From Clostridia bacterium (GTDB lineage: Bacteria > Bacillota > Clostridia > Christensenellales > CAG-138): a stretch of 39,311 nucleotides of DNA. Shown in pieces: positions 1 through 9,840 of the stretch (positions are counted from its first letter, which is position 1; each line of letters begins with the position of its first letter). Position numbers and translations under genes: made by a program. The stretch is taken from contig JAFSHG010000051.1 of assembly GCA_017440405.1 (NCBI GenBank), forward strand, positions 1 through 39,311. Direction: 5' to 3'. Below the pieces are notes generated by a model that worked only from the letters and a program-made list of their open reading frames with translations, made no database searches and was not told where the DNA came from.

Positions 1-630
1 GTTGACGCCATATTAAATACCGTGACGGAAACAGACTGCAAGACTTTGGAAAGTGCGTTTGAGATTGAAAGGAAAGATGAGCGCAACTTGTACGATTACC
101 TCTATTCAGCCGAAAGCCTCAGCAGTTTTTCGGGAAAGAAGTTCAACGGCCAAAGAAACCATATAAATAATTTTTTAGCCAATTACCCCGATTTTTCGGT
201 GGTTGAGATAACGGACGATAATATACGGGGGCTTGAAAGTTTTATGTGTGAGTACGAAAAAAGTACGGATAAGTCCTCTCCCGTGTTTCGGGATGAACTT
301 AATATGGTTCGAGAGGTTTTGAGTCAAAACCGTTTGTATGCACAAGAGGGCGTTTTCATTGAAGCGGGCGGAAAAACGGTGGCGTTTGCAATGGGTGAAG
401 TGGTGGGCGATACACTGTATGTGCATATAGAAAAAGCACTGTCACATGTGCGTGGCGCATACCAAATGATAGTGCGTGAGTTTGTGCGAAAGCTCGCCTC
501 AAAATATGACTTTACATACGTAAACAGAGAGGACGATGTGGGAGATGAAGGCTTGAGGCGGTCCAAACTCTCATATCACCCGTTGAAATTGGTGCAAAAG
601 TACACTGTTTGGGTAAAGGGGAGGATTTAG
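1..630 (+). CDS. DUF2156 / phosphatidylglycerol lysyltransferase C-terminal-like (GNAT-fold) protein, 5'-partial
   Basis: Frame is open from base 1. Motifs DYLY..E.L....GKKF...RNHIN.F, VHIEKA...GAYQ and YVNREDDVG.EGLR.SKLSYHP are typical of DUF2156. Confidence 0.85.
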   Translation, partial: VDAILNTVTETDCKTLESAFEIERKDERNLYDYLYSAESLSSFSGKKFNGQRNHINNFLANYPDFSVVEITDDNIRGLESFMCEYEKSTDKSSPVFRDELNMVREVLSQNRLYAQEGVFIEAGGKTVAFAMGEVVGDTLYVHIEKALSHVRGAYQMIVREFVRKLASKYDFTYVNREDDVGDEGLRRSKLSYHPLKLVQKYTVWVKGRI

Positions 631-1340
631 TCATCCCCCATCCAACAAATAATATCTTTTGAAAAATCCATTCCCACCTTGCCTTGCAGAGAATGGGATT
701 CGGGATTGTCTAAAAACACCTGACCGTAAGGCGTCCAGCCCCTTTCCATGTGCCTGTTCATCTGATAGTATTCAAGCGCAGTGCCTATGCCTCGCCTTCT
801 GTATTCGGGCAGCACTTCCAACATTCCTATACTTCCGTCACTGTGACTGCCTATGAAGCCCATAATATTGCCCCCGGGGGAAACAGCACCGTGCAGTTCA
901 TTTTCGCTTATGCGCCATTTGAGGTATTCCGTGTTATTGCTCAGGTGGTAATGCTCCTGAATAAAAGGTATCTCATCCATGCGCATGGGACGGAAAGTGA
1001 AATCGGACGGGACAGCGAATTTTTCTCTTTTGCTCCAACAGTACTGAGTACAGAATCCGTCCTCATGCTGTTTGCCGTATGTTTGAACATAAGCATTGTA
1101 AGCGGGCATACCGTGTACCACGCAAAGGTGCGGAACTGTTTTAACCACTCTAAGTGCATTTTTTGCCGAATCCGTGTTTTCTGCCCACAGCATATACACT
1201 CCGCAACCGTGTATGAGAAAAACAGCGCAGTCATCGGCATATAAAATTTTCGGTTCGCCTCGAACAAAAGCTTCGCACATATCAATGGTGAGCGCACCTT
1301 GATTTTTCAGAATATTTTTTACTGTGTTTTTATCGTGCAT
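627..1340 (-). CDS. GNAT family N-acetyltransferase (FR47-like C-terminal domain)
   Basis: GSIGMLEVLPEYRRRGIG acetyl-CoA motif and N..S..L..K.G. Start moved to ATG 1340, which has GAGG upstream. The stop overlaps the convergent DUF2156 stop. Confidence 0.85.
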   Translation of the reverse strand: MHDKNTVKNILKNQGALTIDMCEAFVRGEPKILYADDCAVFLIHGCGVYMLWAENTDSAKNALRVVKTVPHLCVVHGMPAYNAYVQTYGKQHEDGFCTQYCWSKREKFAVPSDFTFRPMRMDEIPFIQEHYHLSNNTEYLKWRISENELHGAVSPGGNIMGFIGSHSDGSIGMLEVLPEYRRRGIGTALEYYQMNRHMERGWTPYGQVFLDNPESHSLQGKVGMDFSKDIICWMGDD

Positions 1341-1400
1341 AAAACGAACCTCGCTTTCCAAACTTTCAAAAGGCATTTTATCACAAAAAATATAGCGGTG

Positions 1401-1428
1401 CAATACCAAAGGAAAAACTGCATATACT
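1401..1428 (+). promoter_or_regulatory. Putative sigmaE-type (mother-cell) promoter of glgB
   Basis: caATAcc-N13-CATATACT resembles the sigmaE consensus. The B. subtilis glg operon is sigmaE-dependent. Confidence 0.4.
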
Positions 1429-1462
1429 ATTCGGGTAGATGTAATTCTTGTTGGAGGTAGCT

Positions 1463-3322
1463 ATGGGCTTTTTTATAGACAACACCGAAGTTTATCTTTT
1501 CATGGAGGGCACTAATGCATACTCGTATAAGATGCTCGGAAACCACAGGGTACATGGCGAATATGAAGCGGTGCGATTCGGGGTGTATGCTCCGAATGCT
1601 TCCGAAGTGAGCGTGGTCGGCAGTTTCAACAAATGGGACATAAATGCGGATAAGATGCAGCCCATACGCAACACGGGGATTTTTGAAACACATATAGGCC
1701 ATGCTGTTTCGGGTGACATATATAAGTATGCCATAAAGACTAAGGACGGAAAAATCATTTATAAGTCCGACCCGTATGCTGTGAGGACACAAATGCCGCC
1801 CGATACTGCGTCCATGGTGTGGGAAGTGGAAGAATATGATTGGACGGACAGCGAATACCTGAAAAAAAGAGCAAAACGGAATCCGTATAAAACCGCTATG
1901 TGTATATATGAGGTACATACGGGGTCTTGGCGCATAGGCGAGAGGCTGTTTGAACTGTCCGAATCGCTTGTGAAATACGTGTCGGACATGGGATTTACTC
2001 ACATTGAGCTTATGCCCGTGAGCGAATTTCCGTATGAAAACAGTTGGGGATATCAGATAACGGGCTTTTTTGCCATATCAACTCGGTATGGCACTCCGTA
2101 TGATTTGAAACACTTTATAAATTGCTGCCATATGAAAAACATAGGCGTGATAATAGACTGGGTTCCTGCGCATTTTCCTCGTGACGAACACGGACTTGCA
2201 CGGTTTGACGGTGAGCCTTTATATGAAAGCTCAGATGCGTTGCGAAGTGATCAGCCCGATTGGGGTACGCTTTTATTTGATTACTCAAAACCGCATGTGC
2301 GGAGTTTTTTGTTGTCAAATGCGGTGTATCTTTTACATGAATACCATGCAGACGGTCTCAGAGTGGACGCTGTGAGCTGCATGTTGTATCATGATTACGG
2401 CAAACGGGGAAAGGCTTGGCGACCGAATAAGTATGGCGGAAGGGAGAATCTGGAAGCCATAGAGTTTTTACGCACGCTTGCAAAGACGGTGAACAGAGAA
2501 TGTGAGGGTGTAATATTGGCGGCAGAAGAAAGCACGGCTTTTCCGCTCGTTACCAAACCGCCCGAAGTGGGTGGTCTGGGCTTTAATTTTAAGTGGAACA
2601 TGGGTTTTATGAACGATACATTGGAGTACATAGGCATGGACTCATATTTTAGAAAATTCAATCATGACAAGCTCACATTTTCAATGTATTATGCATTTTC
2701 GGAAAATTACATATTGCCATTTTCACATGATGAAACCGTACACGGCAAAAAGTCGCTCATAGAGCGTATGCACGGCAGCTATGATGAGAAATTTGCTCAA
2801 CTCAGATTGCTTTATATGTATCTGTATGCGCACCCGGGAAAAAAACTCATGTTCATGGGCGATGAAATTGCACAGTTTAATGAGTGGGATATGAAACGAG
2901 GCGTGGAATTTGATTTAACCGGGTATGAAAGACATGCTCAAATGCAGGGGTTTGTAAAAAAACTGAATCATCTGTACAGAAGATATCCGCAATTTTGGGC
3001 GTGCGATACGGGATGGGACGGTTTCAAATGGCTGATATGCGACGATAAGGAACGTTCACTCATAGTGTTTTTGCGTCAGGATAAAAAGCGTAAGATGATA
3101 TGCATATTTAATTTCACGCCTGTGGACTATAATGCATATGAGATACCTGTGCAGACGCCCATGAAAGCCTTGTCCGTGTTTTCATCAGACAGTGCAGAGT
3201 TTGGTGGCAGCGGAAAGAGTGACGGGCAGTTTGCAGTGTCCAGGAAAAAAGACGGTGAATGTATAATAAGCGTGGATATCCCCGCATATGCAGGCATATA
3301 CATGCTCGTTATGCCGGGGTAA
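1463..3322 (+). CDS. glgB: 1,4-alpha-glucan branching enzyme (GH13)
   Basis: IYEVH.GSW, SWGYQ, DWVPAHF, DGLRVDAV (nucleophile), AEEST, KWNMG, SHDE.VHGK and HPGKKL. ATG 1463 follows GGAGG. Confidence 0.97.
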   Translation: MGFFIDNTEVYLFMEGTNAYSYKMLGNHRVHGEYEAVRFGVYAPNASEVSVVGSFNKWDINADKMQPIRNTGIFETHIGHAVSGDIYKYAIKTKDGKIIYKSDPYAVRTQMPPDTASMVWEVEEYDWTDSEYLKKRAKRNPYKTAMCIYEVHTGSWRIGERLFELSESLVKYVSDMGFTHIELMPVSEFPYENSWGYQITGFFAISTRYGTPYDLKHFINCCHMKNIGVIIDWVPAHFPRDEHGLARFDGEPLYESSDALRSDQPDWGTLLFDYSKPHVRSFLLSNAVYLLHEYHADGLRVDAVSCMLYHDYGKRGKAWRPNKYGGRENLEAIEFLRTLAKTVNRECEGVILAAEESTAFPLVTKPPEVGGLGFNFKWNMGFMNDTLEYIGMDSYFRKFNHDKLTFSMYYAFSENYILPFSHDETVHGKKSLIERMHGSYDEKFAQLRLLYMYLYAHPGKKLMFMGDEIAQFNEWDMKRGVEFDLTGYERHAQMQGFVKKLNHLYRRYPQFWACDTGWDGFKWLICDDKERSLIVFLRQDKKRKMICIFNFTPVDYNAYEIPVQTPMKALSVFSSDSAEFGGSGKSDGQFAVSRKKDGECIISVDIPAYAGIYMLVMPG

Positions 3323-3324
3323 TA

Positions 3325-3561
3325 TCACACATCCACTTCCACCAGTATGACATCATCACCGAGTTTTTTTATGGCAGAGTATGGTATTACCAATTCCTCA
3401 TCGCTTCGTATGAGCCCGAAAAGTTTACTGTCACCCGGTATTATAAGGCTTAAAAGCTGACCCGTGCATTCGTCCAGCTCCATATCGCATATGCGTCCGA
3501 GTCTTGCGCCGTCGCAAATATTTATCACTTCACGGGATTTCAGTTCGCAAAAAGTCAACAT
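3325..3561 (-). CDS. ylmC: YlmC/YmxH family sporulation protein (PRC barrel)
   Basis: ELK.REVINI.DG.RLG.I.D.E.D...G...S.IIP...IP...IKK.G.DVILV. ATG 3561 with GGAGG. Confidence 0.92.
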   Translation of the reverse strand: MLTFCELKSREVINICDGARLGRICDMELDECTGQLLSLIIPGDSKLFGLIRSDEELVIPYSAIKKLGDDVILVEVDV

Positions 3562-3586
3562 TATATTTATCGCCTCCGTTCTTATT

Positions 3587-3615
3587 ATAATATGCAGAGG
3601 ATGAAAAAAGGATTC
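3587..3615 (-). promoter_or_regulatory. Putative sigmaE-type promoter of ylmC
   Basis: Minus strand reads GAATC-N16-CATATTAT upstream of the RBS. Confidence 0.35.
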
Positions 3616-3649
3616 TTTTGTGCTAAAATAAAGGGTAAGGGAGGCATAT

Positions 3650-4114
3650 ATGCAGTTTAGAGAACACGATGAATATATGAAAACAGCACTCATGTATGCA
3701 CACGAAGCGGCAAACGCAGGTGAAATACCGGTAGGTTGCGTGATAGTGTGTGAGGGCAAAATAATTGCAAGCGGCGCAAATAGGGTAAAAGAGAGCGGAC
3801 TGCAACACCGACATGCAGAGATGGCAGCGTTAGAACAGGCGGCAACGGTTTTAAAAAGTCAAGGACTTGAAAATTGCACGCTCTATACCACGCTTGAACC
3901 ATGTGGCATGTGCAGCGGTGCCATAGCCCATTACAGAGTGGGGCAGGTGGTATTCGGTGCGTATGATACCCAATACGGATGCATGTTTTCGAAAATGGAT
4001 TTGTGCAAAATTATGGGACACAAAACCGTATGCATAGGCGGTGTACTCGAAGATGAATGCAGTGATATCCTGAAAAAATTCTTTGACAGTATGCGAAAGA
4101 GTACGGGTAAATAA
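3650..4114 (+). CDS. tadA: tRNA-specific adenosine(34) deaminase
   Basis: M..AL..A..A...GEIPVGCVIV, HAE, LYTTLEPCGMC zinc motif, VVFGAYD, GGVLE.EC..L..FF. Confidence 0.88.
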   Translation: MQFREHDEYMKTALMYAHEAANAGEIPVGCVIVCEGKIIASGANRVKESGLQHRHAEMAALEQAATVLKSQGLENCTLYTTLEPCGMCSGAIAHYRVGQVVFGAYDTQYGCMFSKMDLCKIMGHKTVCIGGVLEDECSDILKKFFDSMRKSTGK

Positions 4115-4326
4115 CCTAGATATACGCTGTTTTTGTCATGTATAATAATTCTTTGTCTGTAACAATTAACTATATGTTAGCATAGAGGTTTCGAGTTGTT
4201 GTCAATATATAAAAAAACCGATTTTCTCCTAAAAATGCGTGTTTTTGACTTTTCAAACGGGTTTTCATGTGCTACAATATATTATGAGGTGCAGATTGCG
4301 CCATAAAAAAACAGGGAGGAATTGAT

Positions 4327-6579
4327 ATGAAAAGAATACTTTCAACAGTGCTTGCACTAATGATGGTATGCGCATGTGCTCCGTTTTCCGTACTTGCAGC
4401 AGATGCTACGGAAACAGGCACAAATCTTCTCATCGGTGAAGATGCAACATTAGAACTCGGCAATCAGAACATTCTGAAGAATGCTTCCGATGCAAACTTG
4501 CAGTCGGTAAATAACATCGGCCGTGAGTTGGAAGAAGTGGACATTTCTATGGAATACACCGCAGAGCAGCTCCGTGCAATGAGCACAGAGGAACTGGTGA
4601 AGAACACAGAATCCACATTAAACAGAGGCTTTTCTGAGAAATATGCAGACAGAAGCGACGAGTATGGTGAACTGACCGACCCGAACAAATCTGATAAAGA
4701 GTTCGTTCAGCGAATCATGGCAAATAAGGCTGAGGCAAAGGCAGAAGCAAAGGCAAGCCTGGCTCATGGTGCAAAACTTGCACAGAAGAGAGCTAATGAA
4801 AAGTATGTTGTGGTAGACAACACAATCCTTATCACCAACGAGGATGAGCTTCGCGGTATCGCAGGACAGGAAGGTTATTTCCGCCTTGCTGCTGACATAA
4901 AGCTCACACAGCCTTGGGAACCAATAGATTTCTATGGTACACTTGAAGGTGCAGGTTATACTATTTCCGCTGCTACAATGGAGTACGGTGAATATGACTA
5001 TGTAGGATTTTTCAGCACTCTGGGTGCTACGGCTTACGTTCGCAACCTGAACTTTGACTATCCCTATGTATATGCAAACGCAAACGCAGGTGCAATCTGT
5101 GCTTACAACCAGGGTATCATTGAAAACTGCCATGTAGTAAGCGGTACTGTTATCGGTTATCTGTGGGCAAGTTTTGAAGAAGCATTCTGGACAATCTCGG
5201 GTTACAACATGGGCGGTATCGCAGGCGTAAACGAAGGTTACATCATGAACTGCTCATATGAAGGCGATGTTGACGGTTGGAAAGAAGTAGGCGGCATTTG
5301 CGGCTTGAACGCAGGCTTTGTGTATGGCTGTTTTGTAAACGGCAACATAGCATATGAAACAAATCAGATAGATATCGACTATTACGGTGCTGAATACACA
5401 TACTACACATACGGTGAAGCATACTACCTGCCTTTCTCCACAATGCTCAGAGATATGTGGGCAGCATACATGCTTCTCGAGTATGAGTACACGGCATACG
5501 GTTACAACGGCGGTCTTGTAGGCGAGAACTACTATGCAGTATTTGATTCATGCGTACAGGGCGCAGGTTCAGGCTCGTCATATGATGTGGGCGTTGTTGG
5601 CGGTTTCGATTGCATGGGCGGTCTTGTTGGCGGCGATGCAGGTTGGACATCACACTGCTATTCCATAGACAGAGCATTCCCCGTATTTGCAGACGGTGCA
5701 GAAGTATATTGTGCATGGGATTACGGCGATGCAGGCCAAGGTCTTTACTATGACCATGCATACTTCCTTGCTCACAAGGGTATAGCACTCAATGTAGGTG
5801 ACACGGCAGCGTCAGACCAGCTTTACTTCTATGGCACACAGGGACTCCCCTGCGAAGACGGTGCATATCACGGTGAAGAACTCACAGCTGACCAGTTCTA
5901 TGCAGCATCCACGTTTTCACAGTGGAACCACGGTGAGTGGAACACGGGTGAAGTTTGGATAATTGAAGACGGCTACATCCCCACTCTGGCAGAGGTACTC
6001 GTAATTCCTGAGGAGTTTGTAATTCGTTATGAAGTTGCAAACGCAGGTGGACTTTTAGACGGTGATGTTGTGGCATATAAACTTGCACATCATGACGATT
6101 CTTACAATTACACAGAACCCGCTCCGCCCGTGGCTTCAGCTACAATAAGCGGCTACGGCATTGTAGGCTGGCATCCCGAAACACCCGAAGCAGGCAAGGC
6201 TATATTCGGCGATAAGGTATACAAGGCTTACTTTGGTGAAGGCGGCACAACAGGCGACGGAAGCGGCAGTGGCAACGGAAGCGGCGGCTTTGGCGACAAT
6301 GACGGCCCCGGTGGAAATCACATTCCCGGTGGCGACGGCGGTGGTACCAATATCGGTCCGGACATAGGCGTTAATAACCTCATAGGCGATACAAATCTGG
6401 ACGGAACAGTAAACACGGCTGACGCAACATATCTGCTCAAAGCTATAGCAGAGAATAAGGTATCAGAATTAAGCAGCGATGCAGCAACAAATGCCGATAC
6501 AAACTCAGATGAAAGCATAAATACTGCGGATGCAACTCGTATTCTCCAGTATTGTGCAGGCGTCATAACTAAATTCTGA
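4327..6579 (+). CDS. Secreted GLUG-motif / beta-helix surface protein with C-terminal type I dockerin
   Basis: Signal peptide. Head motif L.ADI.L...W.PI.F.GTL.G.GYTI. Repeated (V/M)GGI.G.N.G.I..C turns. Gly-rich linker. Duplicated Ca-binding loops DTNLDGTVNTADA and DTNSDESINTADA (about 6382-6573). Confidence 0.85.
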   Translation: MKRILSTVLALMMVCACAPFSVLAADATETGTNLLIGEDATLELGNQNILKNASDANLQSVNNIGRELEEVDISMEYTAEQLRAMSTEELVKNTESTLNRGFSEKYADRSDEYGELTDPNKSDKEFVQRIMANKAEAKAEAKASLAHGAKLAQKRANEKYVVVDNTILITNEDELRGIAGQEGYFRLAADIKLTQPWEPIDFYGTLEGAGYTISAATMEYGEYDYVGFFSTLGATAYVRNLNFDYPYVYANANAGAICAYNQGIIENCHVVSGTVIGYLWASFEEAFWTISGYNMGGIAGVNEGYIMNCSYEGDVDGWKEVGGICGLNAGFVYGCFVNGNIAYETNQIDIDYYGAEYTYYTYGEAYYLPFSTMLRDMWAAYMLLEYEYTAYGYNGGLVGENYYAVFDSCVQGAGSGSSYDVGVVGGFDCMGGLVGGDAGWTSHCYSIDRAFPVFADGAEVYCAWDYGDAGQGLYYDHAYFLAHKGIALNVGDTAASDQLYFYGTQGLPCEDGAYHGEELTADQFYAASTFSQWNHGEWNTGEVWIIEDGYIPTLAEVLVIPEEFVIRYEVANAGGLLDGDVVAYKLAHHDDSYNYTEPAPPVASATISGYGIVGWHPETPEAGKAIFGDKVYKAYFGEGGTTGDGSGSGNGSGGFGDNDGPGGNHIPGGDGGGTNIGPDIGVNNLIGDTNLDGTVNTADATYLLKAIAENKVSELSSDAATNADTNSDESINTADATRILQYCAGVITKF

Positions 6580-6598
6580 TAGTAACAGCATAATTTCA

Positions 6599-6624
6599 GC
6601 CACCCCGCTTGGGGTGGTTTTTTT
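6599..6624 (+). terminator. Intrinsic terminator
   Basis: GCCACCCC-gctt-GGGGTGGT followed by a T run. Confidence 0.85.
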
Positions 6625-6645
6625 GTATCAAAACGGCTTGGGTTG

Positions 6646-6674
6646 GTATGTATGGATTCCATGCTGCATATCTT
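6646..6674 (+). promoter_or_regulatory. Putative sigmaE promoter of spoIVFAB
   Basis: gtATG-N16-CATATCTT. spoIVF is sigmaE-controlled in B. subtilis. Confidence 0.45.
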
Positions 6675-6698
6675 GAAAAAGATATAGGAGGGTGTAGC

Positions 6699-7334
6699 AT
6701 GGACAGCATAAAACTTGAAAATATAAAAGTTAAAACCAACATAAACAGCGAAAGTAAACAGAGTAGAAGCAAAACAAGAAGCAGGGAGGAGATAGGCTTT
6801 TCCTCCATAAGCATAAAAATAGGACTTTGTATTGCACTTTGCATTGCGCTTTGTATAGTAAATCTTACTACGGAAACGGGAAAGGAGGGTAGTTTCTTTG
6901 CCGACTATGAGAAAGGTGACGATTCACCTGGAAAACTGCGTTTTGTGGAACTGCCGGGCATCATAGAGGTTTTTGCGGGCGGTGATAAGTTGACTCTTCC
7001 CGTGGGCGAATATGACAGTGCGAAATTGGACGATGATACCCTGGTACTTACACTGCATACAAAGAGCAACGCTACCGTGGTAACATGTGCAAGCGGTACC
7101 GTAAAGGCAATAGGAGAGGACGAAAAAATGGGAAATTATGTAGTGATACGTCATGGGGATTTGGAAACATACTATTATGGACTCGGCTATATCACAGTGG
7201 AAGAAAGACAGGTTATAAATAAGCTGGACACATTGGGACTTTTAACCCATACGGGAGTCATGTGTTTCAAGGTGTGCAAAAACGGTATTCCGCAAAACCC
7301 ATGTGACTATTTTCCCGTGACCCCTGAAAAATGA
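6699..7334 (+). CDS. spoIVFA: SpoIVFA-like protein (TM helix plus degenerate M23/LytM domain)
   Basis: One TM helix. V...ASG.V..IG....GNYV.IRH...TYY.GL..I.V M23 fold lacking the HxH zinc ligands. ATGA overlap with the M50 gene. ATG 6699 follows AGGAGG. Confidence 0.7.
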   Translation: MDSIKLENIKVKTNINSESKQSRSKTRSREEIGFSSISIKIGLCIALCIALCIVNLTTETGKEGSFFADYEKGDDSPGKLRFVELPGIIEVFAGGDKLTLPVGEYDSAKLDDDTLVLTLHTKSNATVVTCASGTVKAIGEDEKMGNYVVIRHGDLETYYYGLGYITVEERQVINKLDTLGLLTHTGVMCFKVCKNGIPQNPCDYFPVTPEK

Positions 7335-8206
7335 CATTTCATCTTTTTAATACAGGCGGCATTGAAATACGGATACATGTGCTTGCCATACCCGTCATAC
7401 TCCTGTGTGTGGCTTTGGACATGACAAAAACGCTGCTTTTGACGCTCCTTGCCCTGCTTTTGCATGAAGTGTGCCATGTAATAACAGCAAAAAAACTCGG
7501 TGTTGCCATATATAGAATAGAGATTATGCCGTGCGGATTCACTGCACATATGTCAAACACACTGCCGCTTTCCGATGAACTTGCAATTGCATCATCAGGG
7601 GTGTTGTTCAGCCTTGTGAGCGGCGCACTGGGACTTACGCTCATGACACTTACCGGGTTTGAATCGGAAATTCTCACCTACTTTTCGCTCACGAGCATAA
7701 CTCTTGCACTCATGAATTTTCTTCCCGTGGTGCCGTTGGACGGTGGAAGAATACTCCGAAGTATTCTAAAACTTCATTTGTCATCAACACCGGCGGGCAC
7801 AATTTGTATCTTCACAGGATTTGTTATTTCAGCAGCAATAATTACAATAGGAGTTATAGGCTTATACATGGGGTATCTTAATTTTTCTGTGACAGTTATA
7901 GGATTGCTCATGCTCACAGGCAGTTTTGCAGAAATGAAACGTGAAAAAAAGGGAAGATTACGTGATACATTGCAAAGGGCAAACACTCTTGCAAGCGGAA
8001 AGTCCCCCGGGGTATGCACACATGCTTTTCATGAAGACACGTCGGTTAAAAATGTGATATCCGAATTTAGCAACACCAGATTCAATGTGGTGTATGTGCT
8101 TAATTCAGAACTTTTGAAGACTGCCCTGCTTACAGAAACGGAGATACGGATGTATGGAAACCGTGAGGGCGCAACACTGCATGATGTGGTGAATAAGAAT
8201 TTTTGA
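7331..8206 (+). CDS. spoIVFB: SpoIVFB-like M50 intramembrane metalloprotease (pro-sigmaK processing)
   Basis: HEVCH zinc motif, NFLPVVPLDGGR, multiple TMs and a CBS-like C-terminus. Follows the spoIVFA-like gene. Confidence 0.8.
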   Translation: MTFHLFNTGGIEIRIHVLAIPVILLCVALDMTKTLLLTLLALLLHEVCHVITAKKLGVAIYRIEIMPCGFTAHMSNTLPLSDELAIASSGVLFSLVSGALGLTLMTLTGFESEILTYFSLTSITLALMNFLPVVPLDGGRILRSILKLHLSSTPAGTICIFTGFVISAAIITIGVIGLYMGYLNFSVTVIGLLMLTGSFAEMKREKKGRLRDTLQRANTLASGKSPGVCTHAFHEDTSVKNVISEFSNTRFNVVYVLNSELLKTALLTETEIRMYGNREGATLHDVVNKNF

Positions 8207-8274
8207 ACAAAACCAAATAAAAAGACATGTTCTTCTCAGAGGAAAAACATGTCCGTATGGTGTTGATGAAAAAA

Positions 8275-8937
8275 TCAGCCCGCTCTTTTTTTGCGGAGTT
8301 TTTTGCGATAACGCTTTCCGTTTGGCGAAATGGCATAACCTATGGGCTTTTTTATCTTTTTCAGTCGTTTTACCCTTGCAGACTGAACGGGCTTGTCAGA
8401 ATGCTTGACTTTCTCTTCTTTTACAGTTTTTCTGTTTTCGGACTCACCGTTTTCGGGAGTTTCAAGGTTTTTTCGATTCAGTGCACGCTTTTGCTCATGT
8501 AAAGCTGCCACGCTCTCATACGACGGGCGAACAGTATCAAATACGATGTAAATGCTGCCTTTTCCGTACACAAAGAAGAGTTTTTTATCAGGCGACTTGT
8601 CGGCAAACTGTACAATTACATTCACAAGAGAAATGACGACCGCAAAATACGAGATGAGCGCAGTGGGAGTCAGAACGCACGAGATAACGCACATAAAAAG
8701 TGCTGCAATGTATGAAACTTTACGCATGAAACCGTTGCATGTGGAAAGTCCCGAAATCCCCGCTTGCAAAAGTGCAATGGCACAAATGACATAAGAAAAA
8801 AACTCAGGTCGCATAATCTCAGGGCTGGTGAAAAAGTAATCAGTGCTTATTTTCCCTTGCAAAGTTACATAATATAAGAGGCATAACACGCCTGCTAAAA
8901 GGGATATGAGTGCCAATGTATTCTTTCTGTTTGTCAT
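8275..8937 (-). CDS. Hypothetical membrane protein (about 4 TM) with a long basic C-terminal tail
   Basis: ATG 8937 with AGGAG and a GTGACA-N17-TATACT promoter upstream. Hydrophobic N-terminal half, Lys/Arg-rich tail. Confidence 0.65.
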   Translation of the reverse strand: MTNRKNTLALISLLAGVLCLLYYVTLQGKISTDYFFTSPEIMRPEFFSYVICAIALLQAGISGLSTCNGFMRKVSYIAALFMCVISCVLTPTALISYFAVVISLVNVIVQFADKSPDKKLFFVYGKGSIYIVFDTVRPSYESVAALHEQKRALNRKNLETPENGESENRKTVKEEKVKHSDKPVQSARVKRLKKIKKPIGYAISPNGKRYRKKLRKKRAG

Positions 8938-9213
8938 TATATTGCTCTCCTGTTTTGTTATATTGTGAGTATAACACATAATGAAGCATTTGTCACCTGT
9001 TTTTTTATCGAGTATGTAAATTTATTAAAACCGTCTCTGCTCAGGCGAGTTGAAATCTGAAATGGGAAATAAAACAGCCGTTATTTTTCATTTTACGGCT
9101 TGTATGTTCAACAAAACGCATAAACAAACTTTCAATACGCCAACACATTTGACTATGTATCCCGATAATGATAATATGATAAAAATACGAACGCTTTGGA
9201 GCATAAACCCGAA

Positions 9214-9582
9214 ATGAAAGATATCGTAAAAGGCATATTAACATTTATAAAGAAAAACATAGTATCCGAGATTATCATAGTGGTATTGGCGGCTGTGTTT
9301 GCTTTTTCGGGTTTTTATTCCTGTCCTTTTAAACTGTTACTCGGAATAGATTGCCCCGGTTGCGGTCTGACACGAGCTGCCCTTGCATTGCTTCGACTGG
9401 ATTTTGCAGCGGCTTTCAGGTTTAACCCATGCATTTATCTGCTTATTCCCGTGACGCTGTATTTCCTTCTGCGCGGACTTATATCAAAGAAAGTACGGAA
9501 TTGCAAGAAGTTGGATGAAGCCGTCTTAATCGGAACATCCGCCGTAATGATTACAGTTTGGCTGGTAAGACTTTGGACGTAA
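9214..9582 (+). CDS. DUF2752 family membrane protein
   Basis: CPF..LLGI.CPGCGLTRA...LL..DF..AF..NP signature. Start is ATG 9214 or TTG 9196. Confidence 0.9.
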   Translation: MKDIVKGILTFIKKNIVSEIIIVVLAAVFAFSGFYSCPFKLLLGIDCPGCGLTRAALALLRLDFAAAFRFNPCIYLLIPVTLYFLLRGLISKKVRNCKKLDEAVLIGTSAVMITVWLVRLWT

Positions 9583-9584
9583 AT

Positions 9585-9604
9585 AAAAAGGGCATGTAAT
9601 GCCC
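9585..9604 (-). terminator. Intrinsic terminator of the XRE gene
   Basis: GGGCAT-N3-ATGCCC hairpin followed by TTTTT on the minus strand. Confidence 0.6.
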
Positions 9605-9612
9605 GAATAAAT

Positions 9613-9819
9613 CTATTTATTCATTTTGGGATTTTCTGTTCTGCCTATCAAATAATCCACGGACACATCAAAATAATCCGCAATTCTGATAAGTTCCTCT
9701 ATCCCGGGTTCACGCTCGCCGCTCTCATAACGGCTTATTGTATTTTGGTTTGCGTTCAGGTCGATTGCAAGCTTCAACTGCGTCAAACCTCTTTCTTTCC
9801 GAAGTTCTTTTAATCTCAT
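9613..9819 (-). CDS. XRE-family helix-turn-helix transcriptional regulator (68 aa, HTH only)
   Basis: RLKELRKERGLTQ..LA..L...QNTISRYESGEREP....L..IADYF.VS.DYL.GR. ATG 9819 with GGAG. Confidence 0.93.
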   Translation of the reverse strand: MRLKELRKERGLTQLKLAIDLNANQNTISRYESGEREPGIEELIRIADYFDVSVDYLIGRTENPKMNK

Positions 9820-9840
9820 GAAAAACACTCCAAAAAACAC

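Noticed and set aside
4115-4326. tRNA or SRP RNA after tadA (common synteny)
   Set aside because: The region is AT-rich, with no cloverleaf, no T-loop stem and no SRP motif.
5300-5800. Diversity-generating retroelement variable region in the Tyr-rich loops
   Set aside because: No template repeat or reverse transcriptase is present in the window.
8227-8502. 91-aa Phe-rich plus-strand ORF
   Set aside because: It is antisense to the Lys-rich tail of the 8275-8937 gene (AAA codons read as TTT) and has no RBS.
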